Part shown: positions 27,504 through 36,300 of the stretch, piece after piece
Layout: every line of letters begins with the position of its first letter
How positions within the stretch are numbered: position 1 is the stretch's first letter
Origin: SAR86 cluster bacterium
Lineage (GTDB): Bacteria > Pseudomonadota > Gammaproteobacteria > Magnimaribacterales > TMED112
Reading direction: 5' to 3'
NCBI GenBank assembly: GCA_003331635.1
Contig: QOPH01000002.1
Span: 210,412-274,411, forward strand
Length of the DNA: 64,000 nt
Position numbers and translations under genes: made by a program
The notes under the pieces: generated by a model
Databases searched by the model: none
Told to the model about the DNA's origin: nothing
Seen by the model: only the letters and a program-made list of their open reading frames with translations

Positions 27504-27514
27504 GAGGAGATAGT

Positions 27515-27718
27515 ATGAAAAAAGGAGTTGTAAAATTTTTTAACAATTCTAAGGGTTTTGGTTTCATTGCACCTGAAGATGGATCAAAAGATGTTTTTGT
27601 TCACATAAGTGCATTACAAAAATGTGGAATCGATACTCTAAACGAAAACGATGCAGTTGAATTTACTCTTGAAGAATTCAAGGGTAGAGAAGGCGTCGGT
27701 GAAATTAAATTAGTCTAG
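27515..27718 (+). CDS. cspA: cold-shock protein (CspA family)
   Basis: Track ORF trimmed to the ATG at 27515 ([18 protein letters not shown]). RNP1 is KGFGFI and RNP2 is VFVHIS. 67 aa. Confidence 0.9.
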   Translation: MKKGVVKFFNNSKGFGFIAPEDGSKDVFVHISALQKCGIDTLNENDAVEFTLEEFKGREGVGEIKLV

Positions 27719-27731
27719 TTTAAATTCCCAA

Positions 27732-28871
27732 TTAGTTTTGAGCACTGTTTTCAAAAACAGAGGATATCTCTTGCTCAATTTCTTCCTGTGTCTCATAAGG
27801 CTTTGAAATCTCTGCCCAGTCTACATTGAAGTTATCTTCAAGTTCTTGATAACTTAAAACACCAAGTTTTTCATATTTTGGTTTTACCTTATCAGTGATT
27901 AAGCCAATTCTAGTGAGATTTGGAATTATCTTAGTGAAAAGTAAGTTTTTGAAATTTTCACCTTGTTCAGATTCTTCAGCTATCTTGTGAGCATCCTTTG
28001 GAGTGTAATCAAGAAATTTAGATATTACTTCGCCTGAAATAAGTCTGTCTCTCATTACGACACAAGCTTCAAAAGCAAATTGTGCTCTATCTTCGATTTC
28101 GCTTTTGCTTAGAGTCTTTAAATAATCTTCAAGGTAATTAACTCCAAAAGTAACATGTCGCGCTTCATCTCTTATCACGTAGTGAAGAAGTTGTTTTAAA
28201 AGGCCATCATTTAGAATTAATTTCAAATTGTTAAAAGCTGCCAGAGCAAGACCCTCGATAATAATTTGCATACCTATAAACTTCAGATCCCATCTTTCAT
28301 CTGTGAGAATCTTATCCATTAAGGATTTAAGACCATCAGTTGAAGGATACTGGAAACCTATTTTCTCTTTTAAATATCTATTAAAACAATTTACATGTCT
28401 TGCCTCATCAAAAGTTTGAGAAGCTGCATAAAGTTTTGCGTTGAAGGTTGGTGCACACGAAACAAGCTGAGACGCTACTAGTAATGCTCCTTGTTCGCCA
28501 TGAAGAAATTGACTTAAATTCCAAGATACCCTGTGTCTGTCCATCTCAATTTTTTTCTCAAAGGAGAGATCGTCGTAGCCATCGAGCTCAACTTCTGGTG
28601 TTTTAAAAATATCTGAATTTATAAGAAACTGATCTTTAGGAAAGTCTTGAGACCAATCTAAATCAAAGTCCTCATTCCAATTGAGTTTTTTGCCTAACTC
28701 ATAAAGTTTTTTTATTCTGTCATCAACTACGATATAGTCCCAGTTATACGCGCCTGTTAAAGGTGTTTTAAATATTTCATTTACACTTTCAACTGCATCC
28801 TGTTCTTTTGGGTCTATTTCAGGGTACTTTGTAATTTGTTTTGGTTGATTTTTAACTTTTTTAATTTTCAT
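27732..28871 (-). CDS. ferritin-like diiron oxygenase family protein (AurF-like fold)
   Basis: 379 aa with four-helix diiron ligand spacing: HGEQGA, FDEARHVNCF, IIIEGLA and RDEARHVTFG (an E, ExxH, E, ExxH pattern). Confidence 0.7.
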   Translation of the reverse strand: MKIKKVKNQPKQITKYPEIDPKEQDAVESVNEIFKTPLTGAYNWDYIVVDDRIKKLYELGKKLNWNEDFDLDWSQDFPKDQFLINSDIFKTPEVELDGYDDLSFEKKIEMDRHRVSWNLSQFLHGEQGALLVASQLVSCAPTFNAKLYAASQTFDEARHVNCFNRYLKEKIGFQYPSTDGLKSLMDKILTDERWDLKFIGMQIIIEGLALAAFNNLKLILNDGLLKQLLHYVIRDEARHVTFGVNYLEDYLKTLSKSEIEDRAQFAFEACVVMRDRLISGEVISKFLDYTPKDAHKIAEESEQGENFKNLLFTKIIPNLTRIGLITDKVKPKYEKLGVLSYQELEDNFNVDWAEISKPYETQEEIEQEISSVFENSAQN

Positions 28872-28903
28872 GTTTTTACTATAAAACAGCTGCTTCCTTA
28901 ATT

Positions 28904-29179
28904 CTAGTCTCTAAATATGGTTTGTTTTTTCTTTAAATTTGCCCTGTGAGTAAAAATTGCTAGGACTAAAAAGAAAATACTCAACAAAATTCTAAAATCA
29001 AAATTTACACCATGTACAAATTCAAGAATTAAAAATGCAAATACCTCAAAAAAAACACATGTATAAAAAAATATTACAACTGGGCCCAATGAGGATATAG
29101 GTCTTTTATCATTGAGGTAATTTATAATGAGCGCACAAAACGTCACATGAGCAGACGATCTCATCACATGTAAGTACAT
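28904..29179 (-). CDS. hypothetical membrane protein (possibly 5'-truncated or non-canonical start)
   Basis: 91 aa and hydrophobic. The in-frame upstream 48 codons (to 29323) also encode TM-like sequence but contain no ATG, GTG or TTG. Confidence 0.4.
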   Translation of the reverse strand: MYLHVMRSSAHVTFCALIINYLNDKRPISSLGPVVIFFYTCVFFEVFAFLILEFVHGVNFDFRILLSIFFLVLAIFTHRANLKKKQTIFRD

Positions 29180-29348
29180 TAATCTTGAGTCTTCAAGATT
29201 AACTTTCTCAAAACTTAATGGGAAATACCAAGCTAATCCAGAGTATGGAAAAAATGATGAAATTAAGCCGTAAATGACGATTAAAATTAAAACTATTTTG
29301 ATTTTTCCTCTCCCTGCATTTCTTTAACTATGTGATAAAATCCACAAA

Positions 29349-31061
29349 ATGCGTTATATCTTTTTTTTATTAGCATTATTTTTTACCAATTTAGAAGCTA
29401 AAAATCAACCAAACTTCATATTGATATTAGTAGATGACCTAGGTCTAACTGATCTTCAGACTTTTGGCGGGGAAATAGATACACCAAATATTAATTCCTT
29501 AGCTGAAAAAGGTTTAATGTTCACAAATTATCATACTTCACCTGAATGTGCGCCATCCAGAGCAATGCTTCTGACAGGTATGGACAATCACAAAACAGGA
29601 ATTCCAATGATTCCCGAGGTATTGCCTAGAAATCTAAGGAAAAATAACGGCTACGAAGGGTATCTTTTGCCAGAGGCTTTAACAATTGCAGAAGTTTTAA
29701 AAAAGTCAGGTTATAGAACTTACATGACTGGAAAATGGCATTTGGGTTTTGGTGGAGAGCATATTCCGTCTCTGCCCATAAATAGAGGCTTCGATAAAAC
29801 TTTCATTCTTGATGCAACAGGAGGTGATAATTACAGCAATCATTCCTATCTACCCTACTATCTTGAAGCTCCTTGGTTTAAGAATGGTGAAGAGGTCGAA
29901 TTACCAGAAGATTTTTATTCATCAGAATTTTTCATAGATCAAATGATTGATTTCATAGATGAAGATGGATCAAAATCACCTTTTTTTGCTTATGTTTCTT
30001 TTCAAGCACAACACATACCAGTACAAGCTCCCAAGGAATTTACCGAAAAATATTTAGATCTCTATCAAGATGGTTGGAGTGCTTTAAGGGAGAGAAGACT
30101 CAAACGAGCACAGGAATTAGGAATTTTTCCTAAAAATAAAAGTGCTGTTAATTCTTTAGAGAATTACCCATGGGAAGAAGAGACTCCAGAAGAAAAAGAG
30201 CTTTTAGTAAAGAGTATGGCTGTCTTCGCTGGCATGTTAAATGCAATGGATTTTCATATAGGAAGATTGATAGAGTATTTAAAAAATAATGGATTGTATG
30301 AAGATACAATTTTTATTATTACCTCAGATAATGGACCAGAAGGCAATGACCCTAGAGATCATGCTACCTGGCGAGCCTGGTACGAAACATCCCGCTGGAA
30401 TAACAATCTTGAAACATTGGGTGAAAAAGATAGTTATGTTTTTATTGGAACTGAATTTGCACAAGCAATGGCAAGTCCAAGTCACCTTTATAAATTTCAT
30501 ATGTCTGAGGGCGGCCTGAGAGTTCCTCTTATAATTTCTGGAAAAGGTATTCCCTCAGGAAAGTATAAAGGTTTAACATTTGTAACAGATGTAGCTCCTA
30601 CAATTGCTGATCTAGCGTCTAGCGAAAAAGAGGATCAAATGATAGGAAAGTCACTTAAAGCTTTATTTAATGACTTTGACATTGATTTATACAACGAAAA
30701 CGAGCCAGTAGGTCTTGAGGTTTCTGGAAATTCAGCGCTTTTTCTTGGAGATTATAAAATCGTAAAAAATAAACCTCCTGTTGGCGATAGCAAATGGAGA
30801 TTATTCAATTTAAAAAATGATCCTGGAGAAACGCAAGATTTACGACTAATTGAACCTGAAATTTTTAAAACTTTAATTCAAAAATACTCAGAATATGTTG
30901 AAAAAAATGGTGTGATTGAACTTGGCGAATCTTATAGATGGTACGATGAAATGACAATTAATACGGCTAAAAGGCACTTCATGCCATATATATACGCTGT
31001 ATCAGCTCTTTTTTTTATATTAATAGCAACTTTAATTTATTTCTTTAGGAGAAAATTATGA
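29349..31061 (+). CDS. Cys-type (formylglycine) sulfatase with C-terminal membrane anchor
   Basis: 570 aa with a signal peptide, LVDDLG, the FGly motif CAPSRAMLLTG, GKWHLG, and the C-terminal TM segment YIYAVSALFFILIATLIYFF. Confidence 0.9.
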   Translation: MRYIFFLLALFFTNLEAKNQPNFILILVDDLGLTDLQTFGGEIDTPNINSLAEKGLMFTNYHTSPECAPSRAMLLTGMDNHKTGIPMIPEVLPRNLRKNNGYEGYLLPEALTIAEVLKKSGYRTYMTGKWHLGFGGEHIPSLPINRGFDKTFILDATGGDNYSNHSYLPYYLEAPWFKNGEEVELPEDFYSSEFFIDQMIDFIDEDGSKSPFFAYVSFQAQHIPVQAPKEFTEKYLDLYQDGWSALRERRLKRAQELGIFPKNKSAVNSLENYPWEEETPEEKELLVKSMAVFAGMLNAMDFHIGRLIEYLKNNGLYEDTIFIITSDNGPEGNDPRDHATWRAWYETSRWNNNLETLGEKDSYVFIGTEFAQAMASPSHLYKFHMSEGGLRVPLIISGKGIPSGKYKGLTFVTDVAPTIADLASSEKEDQMIGKSLKALFNDFDIDLYNENEPVGLEVSGNSALFLGDYKIVKNKPPVGDSKWRLFNLKNDPGETQDLRLIEPEIFKTLIQKYSEYVEKNGVIELGESYRWYDEMTINTAKRHFMPYIYAVSALFFILIATLIYFFRRKL

Positions 31062-32674
31062 AAAAAGTATTACTTTTTTTATTAGTGGCAGGATTATTGG
31101 TCGCTGTTTTTTGGAAAGAACTTTTTCTTAGTTTTGTAGTTATAACAGGGAAATTTAATGTTTCTGAAAATAAAGAAATTATTTGGGAAAAAGGCCCTGA
31201 AAATAGAATTGATGATAGACCTAACTTTATTGTTTTTGTTGCTGATGATTTAGGGATTAATGACTTAACATCATTTGGAAGTGGCATTGCAAATGGTAAA
31301 TTACCAACACCTAACATAGATTTCATCGCAAATACTGGAATTAAGTTTTCAAATGCCTATGCAGGAACAGGAATGTGTGCTCCATCTAGAGCAATGATTG
31401 TTACTGGAAGATATGCTACTTCAACTGGCTATGAATTTACTCCTTTACCAGATGGTATGGGGAGAAGTTTGCAATTATTTGCTCCATTCCAAAGTGTTGA
31501 GGTAAATACTGAAGCTTTAAGATCTAACCCAAAATTTGAGCTCCAAGGTCTGCCTAACGAAGAGATTACATTTGCTGATCAATTAAGCAATGCTGGGTAT
31601 CACACTACACATATTGGTAAATGGCATTTAGGTCGCGGTGAAGGTGAACATCCGAATGCCCAAGGGTTTAAAGAGAGTCTTTTAATGGCAAGTGGATTAT
31701 TTCTTCCAGTAAATGATCCTAATGTTGTGAATGCATATCTTGATCATGATCCTGTAGATAAATTTTTATGGGCAAGAATGCAATATGCTGCTTCTTTTAA
31801 CCAAGTGAAAATAGGAGAAAATTGGTTTGAACCAGAGGGATATTTAACTGATTACTACACAAATGAAGCCAGAAAAGTAATTAGAGCTAATAAAAATAGA
31901 CCATTTCTTCTATATCTGGGTCACTGGGGAGTGCATACCCCTTTGCAAGCCCTAAAATCTGATTATGATGAACTTTCAAATATTGAGGATCATACAGAAA
32001 GAGTTTATGCGGCTATGATCAAAGCCTTAGATAGAAGTATTGAAGGGATTTTAGATGAGCTGAATATTCAAGGATTAGCTGATAACACATGGATTATTTT
32101 TACTAGTGACAATGGAGGGGCTGGCTACCTTGGATTGAGATATATTAATGCTCCCTATAGAGGATGGAAGTTAAGTCTTTTTGAAGGAGGAATTAAAGTG
32201 CCACTTATCTTTTGGAAAGAGGGGATATCTGAAAAAGAGATTTTTGAAAGAGCAGCACATATCGATATAGCCCCAACAATTTATGCTTTAGCAAAAGAGG
32301 TACCAGAACATAGCATTGATGGAATAGACTTATTTAGTAACTCATCTGAGGCAATGGATAGGGCCCTCTTTTGGAGAACTGGACATAATAAAGTTGTTAT
32401 TAAAGATGGATGGAAACTTCAATTATCCGATCATCCAAAGAGAGAGTGGCTGTTCAATTTAAATAATGATCCAACTGAAAGAGTCGATTTATCTAAAGAA
32501 AATTTAACGAAAGTAACCGAACTAAAAATAATATTAAATGAACATCTTAAAAATTCTAAAGGACCTCTTTTTCAATCGAGTCTAAAAGCTAAAATCTCTA
32601 TAGATAGAACTCTTAAAGAAGTAGTTGAGGATGGTTGGGATGAAGATGAAGATTATGTTATGTGGCCTAACTAA
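31058..32674 (+). CDS. Cys-type (formylglycine) sulfatase with N-terminal anchor
   Basis: 538 aa with an ATGA overlap to the upstream sulfatase. Motifs seen: VADDLG, CAPSRAMIVTGR, GKWHLG and TSDNGG. Confidence 0.9.
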   Translation: MKKVLLFLLVAGLLVAVFWKELFLSFVVITGKFNVSENKEIIWEKGPENRIDDRPNFIVFVADDLGINDLTSFGSGIANGKLPTPNIDFIANTGIKFSNAYAGTGMCAPSRAMIVTGRYATSTGYEFTPLPDGMGRSLQLFAPFQSVEVNTEALRSNPKFELQGLPNEEITFADQLSNAGYHTTHIGKWHLGRGEGEHPNAQGFKESLLMASGLFLPVNDPNVVNAYLDHDPVDKFLWARMQYAASFNQVKIGENWFEPEGYLTDYYTNEARKVIRANKNRPFLLYLGHWGVHTPLQALKSDYDELSNIEDHTERVYAAMIKALDRSIEGILDELNIQGLADNTWIIFTSDNGGAGYLGLRYINAPYRGWKLSLFEGGIKVPLIFWKEGISEKEIFERAAHIDIAPTIYALAKEVPEHSIDGIDLFSNSSEAMDRALFWRTGHNKVVIKDGWKLQLSDHPKREWLFNLNNDPTERVDLSKENLTKVTELKIILNEHLKNSKGPLFQSSLKAKISIDRTLKEVVEDGWDEDEDYVMWPN

Positions 32675-32727
32675 CTTAAAGGCTTTAGCCACTCTAATCT
32701 TGAGATGCTAAATGATAAAATTAAGAT

Positions 32728-33372
32728 ATGAAAGTTGATTTTTATTTCTCATACAGAAGTCCGTATTCTTACTTTATTCTTCCCAGATTAAAAAAATTAA
32801 TAAAAGAATATGATGTAGATGTGAACTTTAGATTGGTTTATCCATTAGCTATAAGGAAGCCCAGTTTTTTTAAAAATAAAAATATGCTGACCTACTTCTT
32901 TTGGCGTCTATTGGACTATCGTAAAGTTGCAAAAAGACATAAAATGCCATTTTTTAGACCTAAACCGGACCCAATTGTGCAAAATATACTCACGGGAAAA
33001 ATATCACCAGAACAACCTTATATATTTTATATTTGTCATTTAGGTCAAGCGGCTCACTATCATGGCCAAGGAATTAACTTTGCACAAGCTTTGTCTAATA
33101 ATATATTTGGCAGCAAAGAAGGATGGTTTGATAGAAAAAACCTAAGTAAAGTATGTAATTCTGTTGGTTTAAATTTAGATGATCTAGAAAAAGAGGCTAA
33201 TGAGCAAGAAGCGAAAATAATTTCTGATATTAAACATAACCAAAAGCAGCAGTTAGTTGCAGGTCATCACGGAGTACCCTTATTAGTGCATGGTGATCAG
33301 TATTTTTTTGGGCAAGATAAATTTGATGAATTCTTAAACTTTATGCATAAAAATGGAATGCAAAGAAAGTGA
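32728..33372 (+). CDS. 2-hydroxychromene-2-carboxylate isomerase / DsbA-like thioredoxin-fold protein
   Basis: 214 aa with the N-terminal motif DFYFSYRSPYSY (SPY in place of CxxC). The C-terminal motif is HGVPLLVHGDQYFFGQDKF. Confidence 0.7.
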   Translation: MKVDFYFSYRSPYSYFILPRLKKLIKEYDVDVNFRLVYPLAIRKPSFFKNKNMLTYFFWRLLDYRKVAKRHKMPFFRPKPDPIVQNILTGKISPEQPYIFYICHLGQAAHYHGQGINFAQALSNNIFGSKEGWFDRKNLSKVCNSVGLNLDDLEKEANEQEAKIISDIKHNQKQQLVAGHHGVPLLVHGDQYFFGQDKFDEFLNFMHKNGMQRK

Positions 33373-33965
33373 ACAAAGCTGTTTATGACGAAGGAGTTAA
33401 GCACCTTCTTCAAGTTGAGCCTAATTTTAAAAAAATCCTTCCAGAAGAAGAAATAAACTTCTTTGTTCGTCCTCAAGGTTTTGCTGGTATATTGCACCTC
33501 GTAATTGAACAACAAGTTTCAGTCCAATCTGCTAATGCAATTAAAAAAAAGGTGCAGGCATTAATGAGCAATGTTAATTCTCAAAGCTTTTTGGAATTAC
33601 CTACAAATAAATTAAGAGAAGCAGGCCTTAGTAGGCCGAAAATCTCCTACTTAAATGGCATTGCAACTGAAGAAATAAATGGCATTTTGAATTACTCCAA
33701 TATTGCAAAAATGGAGGATGAGGAGGCAAGAATTTATTTATGCCAGTTTAAAGGTATAGGGAAATGGACAGCTGATTGTTATCTTATGGCCTCTTTAGAT
33801 CGACCAGATGTTTGGCCGGAAAATGATATTGGTCTTCAAGAAGGGGTAAAAAGACTAAAAGATCTGAAAGAACGGCCAAGCATTGAGGATATGACTTCGA
33901 TAGCAAGAGATTGGCGTCCTTTCAGATCGGTTGCTGCTAACCTTATATGGGCAGACTACGATTGA
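33369..33965 (+). CDS. DNA-3-methyladenine glycosylase II family (HhH-GPD, AlkA-like)
   Basis: 198 aa with a GTG start in a GTGA overlap. The HhH motif is FKGIGKWTADCYLM and the catalytic Asp region is WPENDIGLQEG. Confidence 0.8.
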   Translation: MNKAVYDEGVKHLLQVEPNFKKILPEEEINFFVRPQGFAGILHLVIEQQVSVQSANAIKKKVQALMSNVNSQSFLELPTNKLREAGLSRPKISYLNGIATEEINGILNYSNIAKMEDEEARIYLCQFKGIGKWTADCYLMASLDRPDVWPENDIGLQEGVKRLKDLKERPSIEDMTSIARDWRPFRSVAANLIWADYD

Positions 33966-34008
33966 ACTCTTATCTTTCTGTCATCTTCTTAGACTGCTAG
34001 AAATAAAA

Positions 34009-35205
34009 TTAGTTCAATTTTTTTACGACTTTTGAAAATATTTCCATGCATCTCTCTAAATTTTCGAGATTTGGAAATGTTGGAGCAATTCTAATATTGC
34101 TATTTTTAGGATCTTTCTGATAAGGAAAGCAAGAACCTATTGGCAAAAGCTTGAGACCTAACTTTGAACAGTGTTCAATTATTTGCTCAGCATTAGAAGT
34201 TGATGATTCAAATGAGATAAAGTAGCCACCAGATGGCTGAATATAATGGCATAAACCGTCTTTTTTTAGTTCATCAAGGTATTTTTCAACCAATTTAAAT
34301 TTTGGCAGTATAACCTCTTTTAAACTCTCCATTTGACTTTGTAGAGAGCTTTTTTTGAAATAATTTACATGCATTCCTTGATTCAATTTATTTGGACCTG
34401 GAGTTAATGAATTTCTATATTCTATAAACTTTGAAATATTTGCTTCACTGCTTGCAAAAAAAGCCAGTCCTGAACCTGCAAGTGTAATCTTTGATGTCGA
34501 GCCAACAATAAATAAATTATCTTTTAACTCATACTCATCTGCTATCTTCATCACGGGTGTTTGGTTTATAGTTTCTCTGAAATCATGACAAGCATAAGCA
34601 TTATCCCAAAAAACCATAAAATTTCTTTTTTTGTTAGCAATTAACTCAAAGATTTCCTTCACATTTTGATCAGAGTAAACATGTCCAGTGGGATTTGAAT
34701 GTCTTGGTACACAGACTATTCCACTAATATCATCGTCTTTAAAAATAAGGTCATTAATCACATTTACATCAGGGCCATCGTCTTGAAATGGCATTGCAAT
34801 CATTTCAACACCAAAATTTTCAAGAAGTTTGAAGTGTCTGTCATACCCAGGCACGGGACATAAAAACTTAGTTTTTTTTGACAATTTACTTTTTGGAAAT
34901 CCAAGGTGGTAAGCACATGAAACTAATTGTTGCATTATAGTTAAGGACGAATTATCTAAAGCTATTGTTTCGTCAAACTCTGTTGAAAGAATTTGTGCAC
35001 CAAGTTTTCTTGCAGAAGGTATGCCTTCTGGATTTCCATAATTTCTAAGATCAATTCCATCCATTTCAAAGGGAATTTCAATATGCTTAAAATTCTTTTG
35101 AGTAACATTAAGCTGATCAGCAGATGGCTTTCCTCTTGTTAAATCAAAAGAAACTTTATCATCAAGCCAAGGGAGTTCAGACTTAATTTGTTCTAAAATA
35201 CTCAT
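34009..35205 (-). CDS. PLP-dependent aminotransferase, class I/II fold
   Basis: 398 aa with PRHSNPTG, FWDNAY and the PLP-lysine motif GSTSKITLAGSGLAF. Substrate is unknown. Confidence 0.75.
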   Translation of the reverse strand: MSILEQIKSELPWLDDKVSFDLTRGKPSADQLNVTQKNFKHIEIPFEMDGIDLRNYGNPEGIPSARKLGAQILSTEFDETIALDNSSLTIMQQLVSCAYHLGFPKSKLSKKTKFLCPVPGYDRHFKLLENFGVEMIAMPFQDDGPDVNVINDLIFKDDDISGIVCVPRHSNPTGHVYSDQNVKEIFELIANKKRNFMVFWDNAYACHDFRETINQTPVMKIADEYELKDNLFIVGSTSKITLAGSGLAFFASSEANISKFIEYRNSLTPGPNKLNQGMHVNYFKKSSLQSQMESLKEVILPKFKLVEKYLDELKKDGLCHYIQPSGGYFISFESSTSNAEQIIEHCSKLGLKLLPIGSCFPYQKDPKNSNIRIAPTFPNLENLERCMEIFSKVVKKLN

Positions 35206-36300
35206 ATGGAATCTGGTTTTTTAATTGCTGCGGTAATACTTTTTGTATTTTCCACATTAGTACTTACTATTTTACTTATACTACAGAGAAATTCTAACCT
35301 CAAACCAGAAGAGTTTTCAGAAACAATTGAAAATATTTATAAAAAAAGGGAAGAAGAATTCAAAGTCTCATCAAAAGAAAGTATTGAAAAGATCATAGAC
35401 CCGCTTAGAGAGCGTATGAAAGAGTACGAGACAGAAATTAGAAAAAATTCTGAGCAACAGATAAAAATTCATGCTCAAACAAAAACAACTATTGACGGGT
35501 TAATAGAACAAACAAATCAAATAACATCAGATACAACAAATCTTGCTAATGCTTTGAGAGGTGACAGTAAAACTCAAGGGGATTATGGCGAAATGACTTT
35601 AAAACTCTTGTTTGACAAATCAGGGTTAGAGGAAGATCTACATTATGTTCTACAAGAAAACTATAAGGTCAGCGATGGTGAGGGTTTAAAAGATCAAAGA
35701 CCTGACGCTATAGTATACCTTCCTCATGAAAGACACTTGGTAATTGATTCAAAGTTTTCATTTCGAGCATATTATGACTATTGCTCAGTGAGCGACGAGA
35801 AAGAAAGAGATAAATTTGGCAAACTTCATTCACAAAGAGTAAAAGAGAGAATAAAAGAGTTAAGTGAGAAAAAATACAGCGATATTAAAGAATTAAAAAC
35901 ACCTGGAATGACTTTTTTATTCATTGGAATTGATGATGCATTAAATATAGCCCTTAAATATGATAACTCCTTACTTTCCTTTGCAACTAAGAAAAATATT
36001 GCCCTTCTGAGCCCTACTCAACTACATATGGCATTACATATGTTTGAAAATTTATGGAGGATCGACAAACAAAGTGAACAAGCATTCAAAATTTATGAAG
36101 AGGCTAGAAAGTTAGTAGAAAAATTAGCTGGATTTGTAGATTCTATGGATAGTCTTGGAAATACAATCGCATTAAGTCAAAAGAAATTTACAGACGCTAA
36201 GAATAAATTAGTAGATGGAACAGGATCAATAAGCTCAAGAATAAATAAACTTATTTCACTCGGAGAAAAAGAAACAAAAAAAATTAAAAATGATGATTGA
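35206..36300 (+). CDS. rmuC: DNA recombination protein RmuC
   Basis: 364 aa with an N-terminal TM helix, a coiled-coil region and the nuclease-like core RPDAIVYLPHERHLVIDSKF. Confidence 0.85.
   Translation: MESGFLIAAVILFVFSTLVLTILLILQRNSNLKPEEFSETIENIYKKREEEFKVSSKESIEKIIDPLRERMKEYETEIRKNSEQQIKIHAQTKTTIDGLIEQTNQITSDTTNLANALRGDSKTQGDYGEMTLKLLFDKSGLEEDLHYVLQENYKVSDGEGLKDQRPDAIVYLPHERHLVIDSKFSFRAYYDYCSVSDEKERDKFGKLHSQRVKERIKELSEKKYSDIKELKTPGMTFLFIGIDDALNIALKYDNSLLSFATKKNIALLSPTQLHMALHMFENLWRIDKQSEQAFKIYEEARKLVEKLAGFVDSMDSLGNTIALSQKKFTDAKNKLVDGTGSISSRINKLISLGEKETKKIKNDD

Noticed and set aside
22152-29348. A classical integrative genomic island or prophage at tRNA-Phe.
   Set aside because: There are no integrase, excisionase, transposase or phage genes. 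I could not find a direct repeat of the tRNA 3' end by eye. It is kept only as a weaker variable-locus hypothesis in the findings.
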